Shown: positions 12,913-26,295 of the stretch, piece by piece
Layout: each line of letters opens with the position of its first letter
How positions within the stretch are numbered: position 1 is the first letter of the stretch
NCBI GenBank assembly: GCA_038087875.1
Contig: CM075988.1
Coordinates: 16,370,001 to 16,434,000, forward strand
Source: Malacoraja senta
Lineage: Eukaryota
DNA length: 64,000 nucleotides
Direction: 5' to 3'
Made by a program: the position numbers and the translations under genes
The notes under the pieces: model-generated
The model's input: the letters and a program-made list of their open reading frames with translations, nothing else
Database searches by the model: none
What the model was told of the DNA's origin: nothing

Positions 12913-15900
12913 CCACACAAACGTGGCCATCTCGTGCTTGCTGAGGTTTATGTTGCATTCACTTCTCCTCCAAACCCTCTCCCCTCTCAATGTATCTCCA
13001 TGACCCTCTCATCCTTAATCCCTTTTGTGTTTCTCCAATTTCTCCTTATGTATTGTGCATTTTTGGCTTTGCTTTAAATCCTTCACCGCTACTCATCTCC
13101 ACAACCCCCTCGAGTTAATACTAACATCTAGCCTTTCTTATGATCGGGGCGACCTGTGATGCAAATTAAGTGAATGATTACAGTAGACATTTTTCACCGT
13201 CTAAGGTATCTTTCCAGATGTCCTGTAATCAAAAAGGTTCGAGAGTGTTTAGTTGTTAAATGCACCGGGACTGGATCAATAAAATTCTTGCTTGCTGCAG
13301 CTTTACGGGCATATTAAACGCAACAACTTAACAAATAAATGACATTATCAGATATTCTAGGTAAACCCGACTTTGATAGTGCAAGCATAAGTATGTAGTG
13401 TAACATACAGCGATGTGACCTCAGAATATGTTCCCTTAATTCAAGCCTACTTACCAAAAAACTAACACATCCCAGATGCCTTGGGATCATTCATTGAATA
13501 GAATCTGCTGATGTACTGAGCCTGCATTGTTACTTGGTTTGGCCTCTTTTAAAGAGTCCGGATGGCACAATGGTACAGCGGTAGAGTTGCTGCCTTACAG
13601 CGCCAGAGACCCGCGTTGCATCCTGATCCTGACCATGGGTTTTCTCAGGGTGCTCCGGTTTCCTCCCACACTCCAAAGACGTAAAGTTTGTGGGCTTCCG
13701 TAAAATAATCGCGAATTGTCTCTGGATACTGCTAGTGTACTGCTAGTGTACGGCGTATTCCTTGGTCGGCGTGGACTCGGTGGGCCGAAGGGCCTGTTTC
13801 CGCGCTGTATCTCTATAAAGTCTAAAGTCAACTGACCCCTATGATGACAGTTCAAATCTGGAGAGAGGATCTGCAGATTAGGCCTTGATTTTAGAATTAA
13901 AATTCAAGAGTCATGTGTCATTCAAGACTTTGAGTAAATTTACACATGAAGTTTTTGCATTTAAAACTAGAATGCTTCATTAAACCATGTAAAGTGACGT
14001 ACTATTTATTTAGATACAGTGCACTGTTGCTTTTAAAACGCCATCACTGGGAGATTTTACTCAACCAATCAGTGGATTGAAAGGAGGTTTCTAATCCCAG
14101 ACCATAGTAATTGGTGCAAATCAAAAATCAACCTTCAGGTTGCCTTTTCTTGTCTTAAAGCCCTGATCCAGATGGCCGATTAAAAGCTCAGCTGATCAAA
14201 TGCCGCTGCAATTGAGACTGTCCTTGTTCCATGAGGTACAAGGCAGCTCTCACTAAAGGAGAATGAAGCTTTCTGGCTGGGGAAAAAAGGGGAAGCACTT
14301 GCGAAATCCCACCTGAATCCAGCAGTAGGGTTGAAAACGAACCGATTACTGTTGGGTGGATGGTTGAGGTTCCAACTACGGATCTCACGTGAGCTTTGTA
14401 CCGACTGAGTCTTCATGTATCAGACATCTGCCAGCGAGGGAATTGATCTGTTTGTTGTATCCGGCGACGGAGCCGGTAACTCGATGCTTAGCCAGCGGCT
14501 AGGGTTACGCCGCGGTAGAGCAGTGAGACAGAGAGATGCCGGTGTTAGTCATACCTGTTTGGGAGATGGCTGTCGTGACCCCTGTGCCCCTGGTGTTGTT
14601 ATCTAATCCAAGGACAAAAGAGGGGCGGTGGAGAAAACATTTCAGCCTATCTGGTCTTTAGTTATCTCAGCCTCAAAACCCTCATTGACATTGCTTGATC
14701 CTACATGGTAGGGTTTCAGGACATCGAATGGAAAGATCTCAACGATAATCTTCAGCTGTTAGATACACCGTACACCAGACGTGCAAGAGCTTGAGGGATT
14801 CACATTATATTGATTAGTACGGGTGTCAGAGGCAGGAGAATGGGGTTAGGAGGGAGAGATAGATCAGCCGTGATTGAATGGCAGAGTGGACTTGATGGGC
14901 CGAATGGCCTAATTCTACTCCTATCACTTATGACCTTGTGAACATCTCGTTTGCTCTCTGCTAAAATTGAGACTCTCCATTTTCCCATGATCTGATATTA
15001 TTCTCTGCATCTATTCACCTATTGACACAATATTTATTTTTAGAACAAAGTGTTGGAGTAACTGAGCAGATCAGGCAACATCTCTGGAGGACATGGCTTG
15101 GCAAAGTTTTGAGTCGGGTCGAGTCTGAAGGGGAGTCCCAACCAAAACGTCACCTATCCATGTACTCCAGAGATGCTGCCTGACCTGCTGGGTTACTCCA
15201 GCACTTTGTGCTCTATGCAAGCCTCCAGCATCTGCAGTTCCTTATGCCTACAATATTCTGTTGCTCATTGGGAAAGGATTAAACATACTGATAGGGCTTT
15301 GGACATTCCCTTGTGACGTTGGGACAGTGGGATGTGGAGGTGCCAAGCGTTTGGGATGGGGATATGTGTGGGGATTTGGGTGAGTGTTTGTCAGTATTTG
15401 TCAATGCTCCTTGTGAGCTTAACAGTATTGATTGGGACAGTGAATGTGTCATAAATACAGGGAGGTCTGTGATAGAATATCCCTTTGCTACTAGATGAGT
15501 CAATATCAGGGGCAGCACACTGGCTCAGCTGATAGAGCTGCTGCCTCACAGTGCCAGAGACCTGGGTTCGATCCTTACCTTGGGTGCTGCTTGCGTGGAG
15601 TGTGCATGTTGTCTCCACAGCTGTGTGGGTTTCCTCCTGCGTGATCTGGTTTCTTCCACATTCCAAAGGTGTGCAGGCTTGTAGGTTAACTGGCCTCTGC
15701 ACATTGGCCAGTGTTGGGCTAAAGGGCTTGTAACTTTTAATGCTGTATCTTTCAATCAAGCAATGAATCAATCTTTATTGGTAGTGGCTCAATGTGGATT
15801 CTGAAATCTTAAGGTCAAAAGTTTGTAAGTTCCACTATCAGTTGCTGCACATATTTCCTGCAAGTTCCAACTAGCTCTGATCGCATCTCCCAGTCAAGTG

Positions 15901-16189
15901 CCTTTATGCTGGTGTGCCTTTATGCTGGTGATAATGGATGTGAAACACAAATGTTTGCTGCAGGAATTCAAAAGAGTGCACTAGCATTCTTGTAGGGGCT
16001 CTTTATGCCCTTAGATCATTTCAAAGTGTTTCATTCATCAAGAAATTAATTTGGAAGTACATTCACTGTTATTTGGAGCAAGTCTCTTTTGACAGCCGCT
16101 ATTGAAGGTACTCCCATTGTGCTCCAGTATATTCCAGACAAAACTCTCCCCGATAAGAGCATGTGCATTTTCCCTGGCATCCCCACTTA

Positions 16190-16487
16190 GGGGCGGCATG
16201 GTGGTGCAGCGATAGAGTTGCTGCCTTACAGCGCCAGAGAACCGGGTTCGATCCTGACTGCGGGTGATGTCTGTTCAGAGTTATTTACGTTCTCCCTGTG
16301 ACCGCATGGGTCTTCCCCGGGTGCTCCGGTTTCCTCCCACACTCCAAAGACGTCCAGGTTTGTAGGGTAATTTGGCTTTGGTAAAAATTGTAAATTGGTC
16401 CTAGTGTGTAGGAGAGTGTTAGTGTATGGGGATCTTGGTGGGCCAAATGGCCTGTTTCCATGCTGTATCTCCAAACTAAACTAAACA
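16190..16487 (+). mobile_element. V-SINE (HE1-like); other copies near 13562, 15510, 27113, 34880, 35515, 40578, 47195
   Basis: Same head, V-domain and tail. Confidence 0.85.
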
Positions 16488-17494
16488 ATAACCTTAAATC
16501 TGTCTCCTCACTTTAGCAAACGTCAGCCATTGGAAATAACTTCCACGATTTTACACAACATATCAATTCATGAGCAAAACGCAAAGTGCTGGAGTTTTGT
16601 GGGTCAGGCAGCATTTGTAGAGGGAATGGATAGCGACGTTTCAGGACCGGACCCTTCAAAATATCAATTCATGATTTTGAACAGTGCTACTAAATATCTC
16701 CCTGCATAGAACATAGAAATGTACAGCATCAGAACAGACTCATTATCCTACAATGTCTGTGCTGAACATAATGCCTAGATAAACTAATCTCCTCTATTTA
16801 AACATGATTCATATCCCTCCATTCTATGCGCCTCTTAATGTCACTATTACATCTGCCTCCTCCACTACCCTTAGCAGCGTGTTCCAGGCATCGACCACCT
16901 GCTGTGTAAAAGAAAAACATTTGCCTGGCAAATCGCCTTTAAACTTTTAAACTAGACTTATAAACAACTTGAAGTTATTCATGTTGATTAACACATTTGT
17001 CTTTTCTAAGATGTGGGAGTTATGTGGGAAATAATGGACGCATTTAAGATTAGCTTAATAAGCATGAGGTAGAACGGAGAAACAAGAAACTACTGCTACT
17101 GACCGCCCCCACCTCTATTCCAGCTTTCTTTCCCTCACTACAATCAATCATGAAGGGTCCCGACTGGAAACATCATCTTTCCATGTTTCCACAGATGCTG
17201 CCTGACCTGCTGAGTTTCTCCAGCACTTTGTGTTCATTTTATCATGAGGGAGAAAAGTGGAAACATGGAAACATAGAAAATTGGTGCAGGAGTAAGCTAT
17301 TTGGCCCTTCGAGCCAGCACCGCCATTCAATATGATCATGGCTGATTACCCAAATTCAGTAATGCATTCCTGCTTTTTCCCTATATTCCGTTAACCCTAA
17401 GAGCTAAATCTAACTCTCTCTTGAAAACATCCAGTGAATTGGCCTCCACTGCCTTCTGTGGCAGAGAATATCAACTCTATGGGTGAAAAAAAAA

Positions 17495-17820
17495 ATGCCT
17501 ACAATATTCTGTTGCTCATTGGGAAAGGATTAAACATACTGATAGGGCTTTGGACATTCCCTTGTGACGTTGGGACAGTGGGATGTGGAGGTGCCAAGCG
17601 TTTGGGATGGGGATATGTGTGGGGATTTGGGTGAGTGTTTGTCAGTATTTGTCAATGCTCCTTGTGAGCTTAACAGTATTGATTGGGACAGTGAATGTGT
17701 CATAAATACAGGGAGGTCTGTGATAGAATATCCCTTTGCTACTAGATGAGTCAATATCAGGGGCAGCACACTGGCTCAGCTGATAGAGGTGCTGCCTCAC
17801 AGTGCCAGAGACCTGGGTTC
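17495..17820 (+). repeat. 326-bp direct duplication of 15244-15569
   Basis: Identical except for one substitution; offset 2251 bp; the same ORF translations appear twice in the track. Confidence 0.95.
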
Positions 17821-18023
17821 TCAGTCTCAGTCCTAAATAGCCCACCCCTCATTCCTAAACCATGACCCCTGGTTCTGGACTCTCCCAACATCAGGACCAT
17901 TTTCCCTACATCTAGCCTGTCCAATCCCTTAAGAATTTTATATGTTTCCATTAGAATATATTTTTCCTCTCATCCTTCAAAATTCAGTGAATACAAGCCC
18001 AGTCGACCCATTCTTTCATCATA

Positions 18024-18217
18024 CAGTACCCTCCATAATGTTTGGGACAAAGACCCGCCATTTATTTATTTGCCTCTGTACTCCACAATTTGAGATTTGT
18101 AATAGAAAAAAAAATCACATGTGGTAAAAGTGCACATTGTCAGATTTTAATAAATGCCATTTTTATACATTATGGCTTCACCATGGGTCTTTGTCCCAAA
18201 CATTATGGAGGGCACTG
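18024..18217. mobile_element. Tc1/mariner MITE (internally deleted)
   Basis: About 32-bp TIR CAGT(A/G)CCCTCCATAATGTTTGGGACAAAGACC, TA TSD on both sides. Confidence 0.85.
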
Positions 18218-18577
18218 TATGTCAGTCCCGTCATCCTGGGAATTAACCTGGTAGATTGTTTGTCTCTTTGAGCATCGCTGTGTTATGTCGAATGTAGTCT
18301 TCACTGTATCAAGATGCCAGTGTGAGATGATCACTTGAGCAGGGGTAGGATCGAATGTGCTAGATGACAACTTGCTATGGAGCGGGACGGTGAGAATTTC
18401 CTGTGTGCTGCAAGTCCATTGTCAGTGTGACTTTCACAAGTCGCAAGTGTGAGCCAGACATGAAACCTATACTATTGTGTTAAAATCTAAAAGGAGCAAC
18501 ACTGTTTAAATATTAAGCCCACTATTGTAATCTGTGACAGATGCCTGTGACATGTGCAGCACACAAGGAAAAATATT

Positions 18578-19681
18578 ATTAGCTCCACTACAAACCTACC
18601 GACTCCCATGGCTATCTGGACTATACTTCTTCCCACCCTGCTTCCTGTAAGGACTCCATCCCCCACTCCCAATTCCTCCGTCTACGCCGCATCTGCTCCC
18701 AGGATGAGGCGTTCCACACCAGGGCATCTGAAATGTCCTCATTCTTCAGGGAACGGGGGTTCCCCTCCTCCACCATAGATGAGGCTCGCACCAGGGTCTC
18801 TGCCATACCCCGCAACACTGCTCTCTCTCCCCATCCCCCCACTCACAACAAAGGCAGAGTCCCCCTAGTCCTCTCCTTTCACCCCACCAGCCGTCACATA
18901 CAACAAGTGATCCTCCGTCAGTTTCGCCACCTCCAACGTGACCCCACCACTTGCCACATCTTCCCATCTCCCCCCATGTCTGCCTTCCGCAAAGACCGCT
19001 CCCTCCGTAACTCCCTTGTCAATTCTTCCCTTCCCTCCCATACCACCCCCTCCCCTGGTACTTTCCCTTGCAACCGCAAGAGATGCAACACTTGTCCCTT
19101 CACCTCCCCCCTCCACTCCATTCAAGGACCCAAGCAGTCGTTCCAGGTGCGACAGAGGTTCACCTGCATCTCCTCCAACCTCATCTATTGCATTCGCTGC
19201 TCTAGATGCCAGCTGATCTACATCGGTGAGACCAAGCGGAGGCTTGGCGATCGTTTCGCCGAACACCTCCGGTCGGTCCGCAATAACCAACCTGAACTCC
19301 CGGTGGCTCAGCACTTCAACTCCCCCTCCCATTCCGTATCTGACCTCTCTGTCCTGGGTCTCCTCCATGGCCACAGCGAGCAACACCGTAAATTGGAGGA
19401 AATGCACCTCATATTCCGCTTGGGCAGTCTACATCCTGGTGGCCTGAACATTGAATTCTCCCAATTCTGCTAGCCCTGGCTGTCCCCTCCCCTTCATCAG
19501 CCATCTGGTTGTCTCCTCCCCTCCCCCAGCCCTCGGGCTCCTCCTCCGCCTTTTCCTTTTTTCCTTTCCTCTCCCCACCCCCTATCAGTCTGAAGAAGGG
19601 TTTCGGCCCGAAACGTTACCTATTTCCTTCGCTCCATAGATGCTGCTGCACCCGCTGAGTTTCTCCAGCATTTTTGTGTAC
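18578..19681 (+). mobile_element. Young 5'-truncated Penelope-like element (probably Neptune-type): RT thumb/linker, GIY-YIG endonuclease, pseudo-LTR
   Basis: ORF 18733-19473 with Cys linker CNRKRCNTC and NLIYCIRC..YIGETKRRLGDRFAEH; 14-bp TSD CAAGGAAAAATATT (18564, 19682). Confidence 0.9.
19590..19617 (+). ncRNA. Minimal hammerhead ribozyme motif in PLE pseudo-LTR
   Basis: CTGAAGA-A-GGGT TTCG GCCC-GAAA-CGTT; minimal hammerheads in PLE pLTRs are established. Confidence 0.7.
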
Positions 19682-21970
19682 CAAGGAAAAATATTGCTTG
19701 CCGTTAACATTTCACGGTTAAAGAATTGTTTGGAAAGCCTCGATGTCTTAAGATTTTCATGGATTTCAAAGGTGCATGGAATCTGATGGATTGTTGCTCT
19801 GTCGAAACTCTAAGTGATACGTTGCTGATGAGATTCGCCCAATTTCTAAGTGAATTATAGACACAAGGAACTGCAGATGCTGGTTTATATTTTTAAAAGA
19901 CACAAAGTGCTGGAGTAACTCAGCGGGTCAGGCAACATCTGCGGAGTACATGGGCAGGCCAAATACGTCCCCTATCCACGCCCGCCACGGATGCTACCTG
20001 ACCAAAGTTATTCCAGCACTTTGTGTCGGATAAAGTAGAGGAGCTTGATTTGACAGAATCTCCCACATTTGCAGTGTATCCTTGGGCTGCTCAGAAGGAG
20101 TTCAGCTTTGCTGAATTAAACGATGGCTGACCTGTCCTGTCCTCCCCTGCTGTTTAAGTGGCTTGGGGGTGTGCAGATGCGTGGCTCGTCAGCACTGCGA
20201 TCAGCGCTCAGGGCTGAATGCATCTTCAGTCGTGAGGTCAGGTGTAGGGTTACAGCCACAGAACAATCAGCAGCTCTGTCTCAGCAGACGTACCTCAGCT
20301 GCAGACTCACACAACATCGCTCTCTCCCTGAACTGCATCTGTCTGAATATTCCTCTCTCTCTCTACTGTTCTTAGAACCAGCATTGCTACAGCACAAGAT
20401 GAGGCTCTTCAGCCCACTGAGTCTATGCCGGCCCCTTGTACGGAATTCCCACACTCTTTTCCCAAAGTCCTGCAAATTAATCCCTTTCCAGAGTTCATCC
20501 AATTCAGATTTTATAAACAATATTCATATTTTTCCACCTGTTCTATAGGCACTCTATTCTAGATAATAACACACAAGAAAATAGGAGCGTGAGGCCACCA
20601 GCCCCCTCAAACCTGCTCCATCATTCAATATAAGCTTCCCAGCTGCTATCAGGCAACTGAATCATCCTACCACAACTAGAGAGTAGTCTTGAACTACCAT
20701 CTACCTGATTGGAGAACTTCCGACTATCTTTGATCCCACTTTACTGGCTTTATCTTGCACTGAATGTTATTCCCTTTATCATGTATCTGTACACTGTGAA
20801 TGACTCGATTGTAATCATGTATTGTCTTCCCGCAGACTGGTTAGCGCGCAAGAAAAGTGTTTCACTGTACATCGGTACACGTGACAATAAACTAAACTCA
20901 AATATCATGGCAGACTTGCTCCAGTCGAGCTCAATTTCCGTCATGATCTTCTTTAAATACGTCCAACGATCCCGCCTCCATAACTCCCCACGATAGAGAA
21001 TTCCGGAGATTCCCCATTCTCTGCAAGTAGAAATTCCAACATGTCTTGGTTTGAAGTGACTGACCTCTGATCTAGTAACTATGTTCCCTTGTTTGACATG
21101 ATCGCACTTACAGCAATATCTCAACCCCTACCAACAGCAACATCGACCATCTCATTCCCCCTCAGGCTCTTGTATAATTCAATTATATAATATCCCACTC
21201 TTCTAAACTCCAAACTATACAAAACTAACCTTTTCAGCGTTTCATGATTGGACATTCTGGAATCTGGAATTGGTATAGTGCATCTCTTCTGGACTGCCTC
21301 CAGTTTCATATATCCTGCCTTACATAAGGGGGTCACAACTGTGCTCAGTACTCCATATATAGCATTGTATAACCTCATTAACACCCTGTACAATTATTAC
21401 ATGACTTCTTTTTTTAAACTCCAACAATCAAGGCCGAATCACCTGCTTAATTCCTCACTGCATCTGCATGGGCAATTGTTTTTCTGGTATGTGCATAAAA
21501 ACCCTTAGATTCCTCTGTATTCTTCTCCTTTTGCAATTTCAAACCATTTGATTCCTCTTCCTCACACATGAAACTGCATTTGCTAAACTTTTGCCCATTC
21601 AGAGTCCAAATGTCATCATTACAGCACACCTATCTGAGTCATCATCAAACCTCCACACCTACACTGTGCCCCTCCCCCCAAAATCATTAGTATAGATAAT
21701 AATTGAGGAACAAAGACTGTTCCTTGGGGTCTTCCACTGGTTATATCTTTCCAATCTCAAAAAGACCCATTTATTCCAATTCTCTGACATCTATGGAATA
21801 ACCACTCTTCAATCCTTGTTAACACACTTGCAGTTTTCGTCACCACACTCTTGGAAGGATGGAGAGTGTGCTGGGAAGTATTCAGGTTCATGTTTGAGTT
21901 TAGAGTCTCACGAGGTACAGGGTACAGTGAAAAATCTTGAAATGTCTCATAAGCAATTGGAGCAGAATTA

Positions 21971-22311
21971 AGGGCCTGTCCTTATTAATTAATAGAATTA
22001 AAGGCACTGTACGAGCTAATTCAAGAGCTCTCCCGAGTTTAAAAAAAAAATCAAACTCGTGGTAAGCACGTAGAATGTACGTTGCAGGTACGTCGGAGCT
22101 CGGGCCGTCTCTTAGCGGCTCATAACGCTAACGGCAGGTACTCGGGAAACGCGGTAAGCTCGTGAAGACTCGTGAAGATTTTTCAACATGTTGAAAAATG
22201 TCCACCAGAGCCCCGAGTACCTACGAGCGGCTATTACCGTAATTCTCCGAGTTCGAATCAGGGGAAACTCGGGAGAACTCTTGAATTACCTCATACAATG
22301 GGACAGCCCCG
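21971..22311. mobile_element. PIF/Harbinger-like MITE inserted in a CR1 3' end
   Basis: TIR AGGGCCTGTCC / GGACAGCCCCG, TTA TSD, interrupts GCAGAATTA|GGCCATTC. Confidence 0.7.
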
Positions 22312-24265
22312 TTAGGCCATTCGGCCCATCAAGCCTGCTCCGCCATTCAATCATGGCTGATCTATCTCTCCCTCCTAACCCCATTCTCCTGCCTTCTCCC
22401 CAAATCCTCCGACACCCGTACTAATCAAGAATCTATCTATCTCTGCCTTAAATTTACTTCACTCACAAAGATGATTTAAGCTGTGAAAAATGTGAATGTC
22501 AGAGGTGTCCTGCACCCCGAAGCAGTCTAACTCCCTCGCTGTTCCCCACAGACGTACTTCAAACTCCCACGCTTTCCATGTGCATGACCTTCCCTCACTC
22601 ACCACTGGGGTTACAGCAGCTCGCTGCAGTTCTGAATATATTAGTGCTGGGAGCTGACTGTGAGTGCCAATCACACCCAGATTACTTATTGTAATTAGGC
22701 TGAGGGCAGCCTCTCCACAAGTTGCTAAGTGCTGGATGCTCAGCTTGTGGCGAGAGCGATTTTTCTTTCCTGGTGTCTCAGATTATAAATGTTTAATGGA
22801 ACATTGCACAGTGCAGGATGAGTTGCTGGGTGCCAAGGATTGTAGGTCCTATGGCAAGCTGGTACGGTAAAATTCCCATTATGATTATGATTTGATTAGT
22901 ACGGGTGTCAGGTGCTAATGGGAGAAGGCAGGAGAATGGGATTGAGAGGGAAAGAGATCAGCCATGATTGATTTGATGGGCCGAATGACTCCTTTAATTT
23001 ATGAATTTATGACTGGGAAGGAGTCAATTTGCAAAGCAGATAAGGAAATAATTAGTGATTATGAAACTTTGTCACACAAACAGTAGTGTGGGTAGTTCAG
23101 ACAGGAGCTGTGCAGCATTTGATAAGTGGCTGGATGTCCACTTGCCATGCAGCACATGGGACTGAGACTTGGGAAGTATCAATAGCCTAACTAGATTTTG
23201 ATCAGCCAGTAAAATGTGGATACAAGGAACTGCAGATGCTGGTTTACAAAAAGGGCCATAAAGTGCTGGAGTAACTCAGTGGGCCAGGCAGCATCTCTGG
23301 AGAACATGGACAGATGACGTTTCAGCCTGCATGGTCACAATAGGACTAATGAGGGAGTTCCTCCAGCAATTTGCTTGTTACTACTAAATTACTTTCTCAG
23401 TTTACAATGGTGGAGTTTAATCTCTAAGTCAATAGTTCTGTTTTATAGCCATTATTAACTCTCCCATTAAATGGGTGTTACCGGATGAGTAATCTAGAAA
23501 TCTGGAATAATCACAAATTATAATGCTACCATGGCAGCTGTGATTAAAGACTCACATCACTAATGGGAACTGTAAATATTCAGCCATTGATATCTCTCGT
23601 GGACTGCAACCCTCTTCCTTTATCTAGTCACACCTAAATGTGACTCCAGCCCCACTATCTTGTGAAATTGCCAACCAAACCTGGAGCCTTCCCTCGAGTA
23701 GTTAGGGGCGATTGTTACTCCTTGCTTCCTGTTGTAGCCATGTCCTTTCTATAAACAAAATGAGCAATTTTTATATGATTGGAAATATTTCCCAATGATT
23801 CACATTCACGTAACTGTTTTGAGGTGCAGTGACTTGAATTAAAATAGGAGGGCACTGTGATGGTGAATTAAATAATGGGCCAGTACACCAAGGGACTTTG
23901 TGGAAGATTTTATTGTTCGGGATGCAGCAATGTAGTTATTAGCTGGGTACATAAATGGAAACACTCCTTGTATCAGAGATAGATAGATTATTGATTAGTA
24001 CGGGTGTCAGAGGTTATTTTTGAGAAGGTAGGAGAATGGGGTTAGGAGGGAGAGATAGATCAGCCATGATTGAATGGGCCGAATAGCCTAATTCTACTCC
24101 TATCACTTATGACCTCATGATCATCTCGTTTGCTCTCTGCTAAAATGGAGACGTCCCATTTTAAACAAAAACAAAAGCTGTTCACTGTTCCTTGGAGTAC
24201 AAAGTGCTGGAGCACTTTGCCTGAAAAGTCACCTGTCCGAGTTCTACATGTGACAATAAACTAAA

Positions 24266-24480
24266 TGTGTAGGAAGGAACTGCAGATGCTGGTTTACACT
24301 GAAGATAGACAAAAAAAATGCTGGAGTAACTCAGCCAAACAGGTAGCATCTCTGGATAGAAGGAATGGGGGACATTTTGGGTTGGGTATGAAGAAGGGTT
24401 TCGACCCGAAACGTCACCCGTTCCTTCTATCCAGAGATGCTGCCTGTTCCGCTGAGTTACTCCAGTAATTTGTCTATCTT
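24266..24480. mobile_element. Fold-back PLE pLTR element
   Basis: Inverted arms; 15-bp TSD TGACAATAAACTAAA (24251, 24481). Confidence 0.8.
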
Positions 24481-24700
24481 TGACAATAAACTAAACTAAT
24501 TTCCCATAAATTCTATACCATGAAGTTCCCTTTTTTCTGATTGATGTGGATTTAATTCCATTTTACACCTTCAGTCGCTGGCAATTTAATCATTCCATCA
24601 GCAGCTGTGCTTTCAACCACAATGTTCCATCTTCAGAGCCTCTCCACCTATCTCTTCAGTTAAGATCCCCTGTTCTAATACCACTTAATTTGGGTGGGTT

Positions 24701-24794
24701 GGGGTGGGAGATTGCAACCTTCACATGGTCCGCCCTGTTTCGACGAATGCAATCAACCTGGCGTGCACAATCAAATAAGATCAAATAGAACAAG
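24701..24794 (+). ncRNA. Second, 3'-truncated copy of the HDV-like ribozyme element (ribozyme 24701-24754)
   Basis: 94 bp matching 62458-62551 with 3 substitutions; L3 reads TTCACAT. Confidence 0.75.
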
Positions 24795-26199
24795 GTGACC
24801 ATGGACACTCCGTGCTCATTCTGCAGGAACACTGGGCACATCCGATATTCGGAAAGAGGGGCCAGCAGTCAGCCTGGGTGCAGTCCTCAGCTGCCCACTG
24901 CCATGACCCATAAATGGGCAGCTTGGCCAGGTCCAGCAGCAAATTAGCCAAGAGATCCCTTGACCAAGAGACCCACCCTCCTCCACACCGGATGTTACTT
25001 TTTGGGACCGCTGGGCACCGTTGGGGCTTGAGTGCTTCTTAGATGAGAGTAACAATATTTTGCTTTGAAATTTATATATCTGTTCTTTCTAACGCTTCCT
25101 TCTAATAATGTTTGGTTGTCATTTTGTACCCGTGCATAAACCTATTTTTGTCGTGCCTTGTACTGATGCAGTAAGAATTCCCCACTTTAATGCTCTAACC
25201 CCTTTGAAGTAAGAGCATACACTCCATTAGCCTTCCCTGTCACCAGCTGCTCTTGTATGCTAGGTTTTTCTTTGTTTCATGCACCAGGGCTCCCCAAGCC
25301 TTGTGCACGGCAGCAGTCTGTGTCCTTACTCCATTTGAAAAATTGTTCCTCCTTCCAATATGAGCAAATTCACATTTTCCCCACATTGTAGTGCATTTGC
25401 CAATGTTTCGCCCACGCACTTAATCTCTCAATATCTTTCAGTCAACTGCTTGCATTTTCCTAATAACTTGCCTTCTCGTTATTTTTGTGTCATCTGCAAA
25501 TTTGGCCACTGTACATCTGCTTCCATCGTCCAAGTCATTAATATATGGCTTGTTTTCATTGCATTCCATTGTCGCTTTGAGGAAACTTGCTGTGTAAATC
25601 AATTAGGAAACGTTACAGCAGCAGCATTTAATCTTTTAACTTGTTGAGGAATGTGATACTGAGCCCAGTGTCTTCAAACCACAGGGTGCTGAGTCAGCGA
25701 TTGAGCATTCTTGCCCACTACACCATTGGCAAACAGCAGGATTGAGGCAGATGTTTGCAACTGGAGGATGTTTTGGGTATGGGAGAACTAAATCAAGCTC
25801 AAGTAGCCATCGCATTGGAAAATGGTCGTCAGGCATTGCTTTACTCTGAAGATAGACACAAAATGCTGGAGTAACTCAGCGGGAGAGGCAGCATCTCTGG
25901 AGAGACTGAAAGGGTGACGTTTTGGGTCGAGACCCTTCTTCAGACTGATGTCAGGGCAGGGGGAGATACATAGATAAGGAAGTGTAAGGTGTGAAAATAG
26001 GGCAAAGGGAATGGAGTCAAAGGAAAATGTAGAATAGATCATTGTTACCTTGGAGAAGCTAACAACAATGCAAACAGAGATAAATTGTAATCAAATAATT
26101 GCTTCACACTGATTTATTGATAATTCCAGTTCTTTGGGCAAGTTCTGAGAATCTGAGTTTGGTAATGAGGTTGCTTGATTAATCTTCTTTTTACTCCAG

Positions 26200-26295
26200 A
26201 GCTCTGTGCAAATCAGCTTTGAGGAAAGTCCCCAGCTGCCAGCAACGGCCTGCATCAGCCAAGTGACTTGCATAGACCAGTCGGAGCAGAGCATG
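26200..26295 (+). CDS. C2CD2L: C2CD2L/TMEM24 coding exon (first visible; SMP domain start), SSVQISFEESPQLPATACISQVTCIDQSEQSM
   Basis: ttttactccAG acceptor, GTAAGT donor, phase 0/0; peptide resembles recalled human [32 protein letters not shown]. Confidence 0.93.

Noticed and set aside
1..26199. Canonical transmembrane-encoding first exon of C2CD2L
   Set aside because: No matching peptide or CpG island seen; presumably upstream of the window
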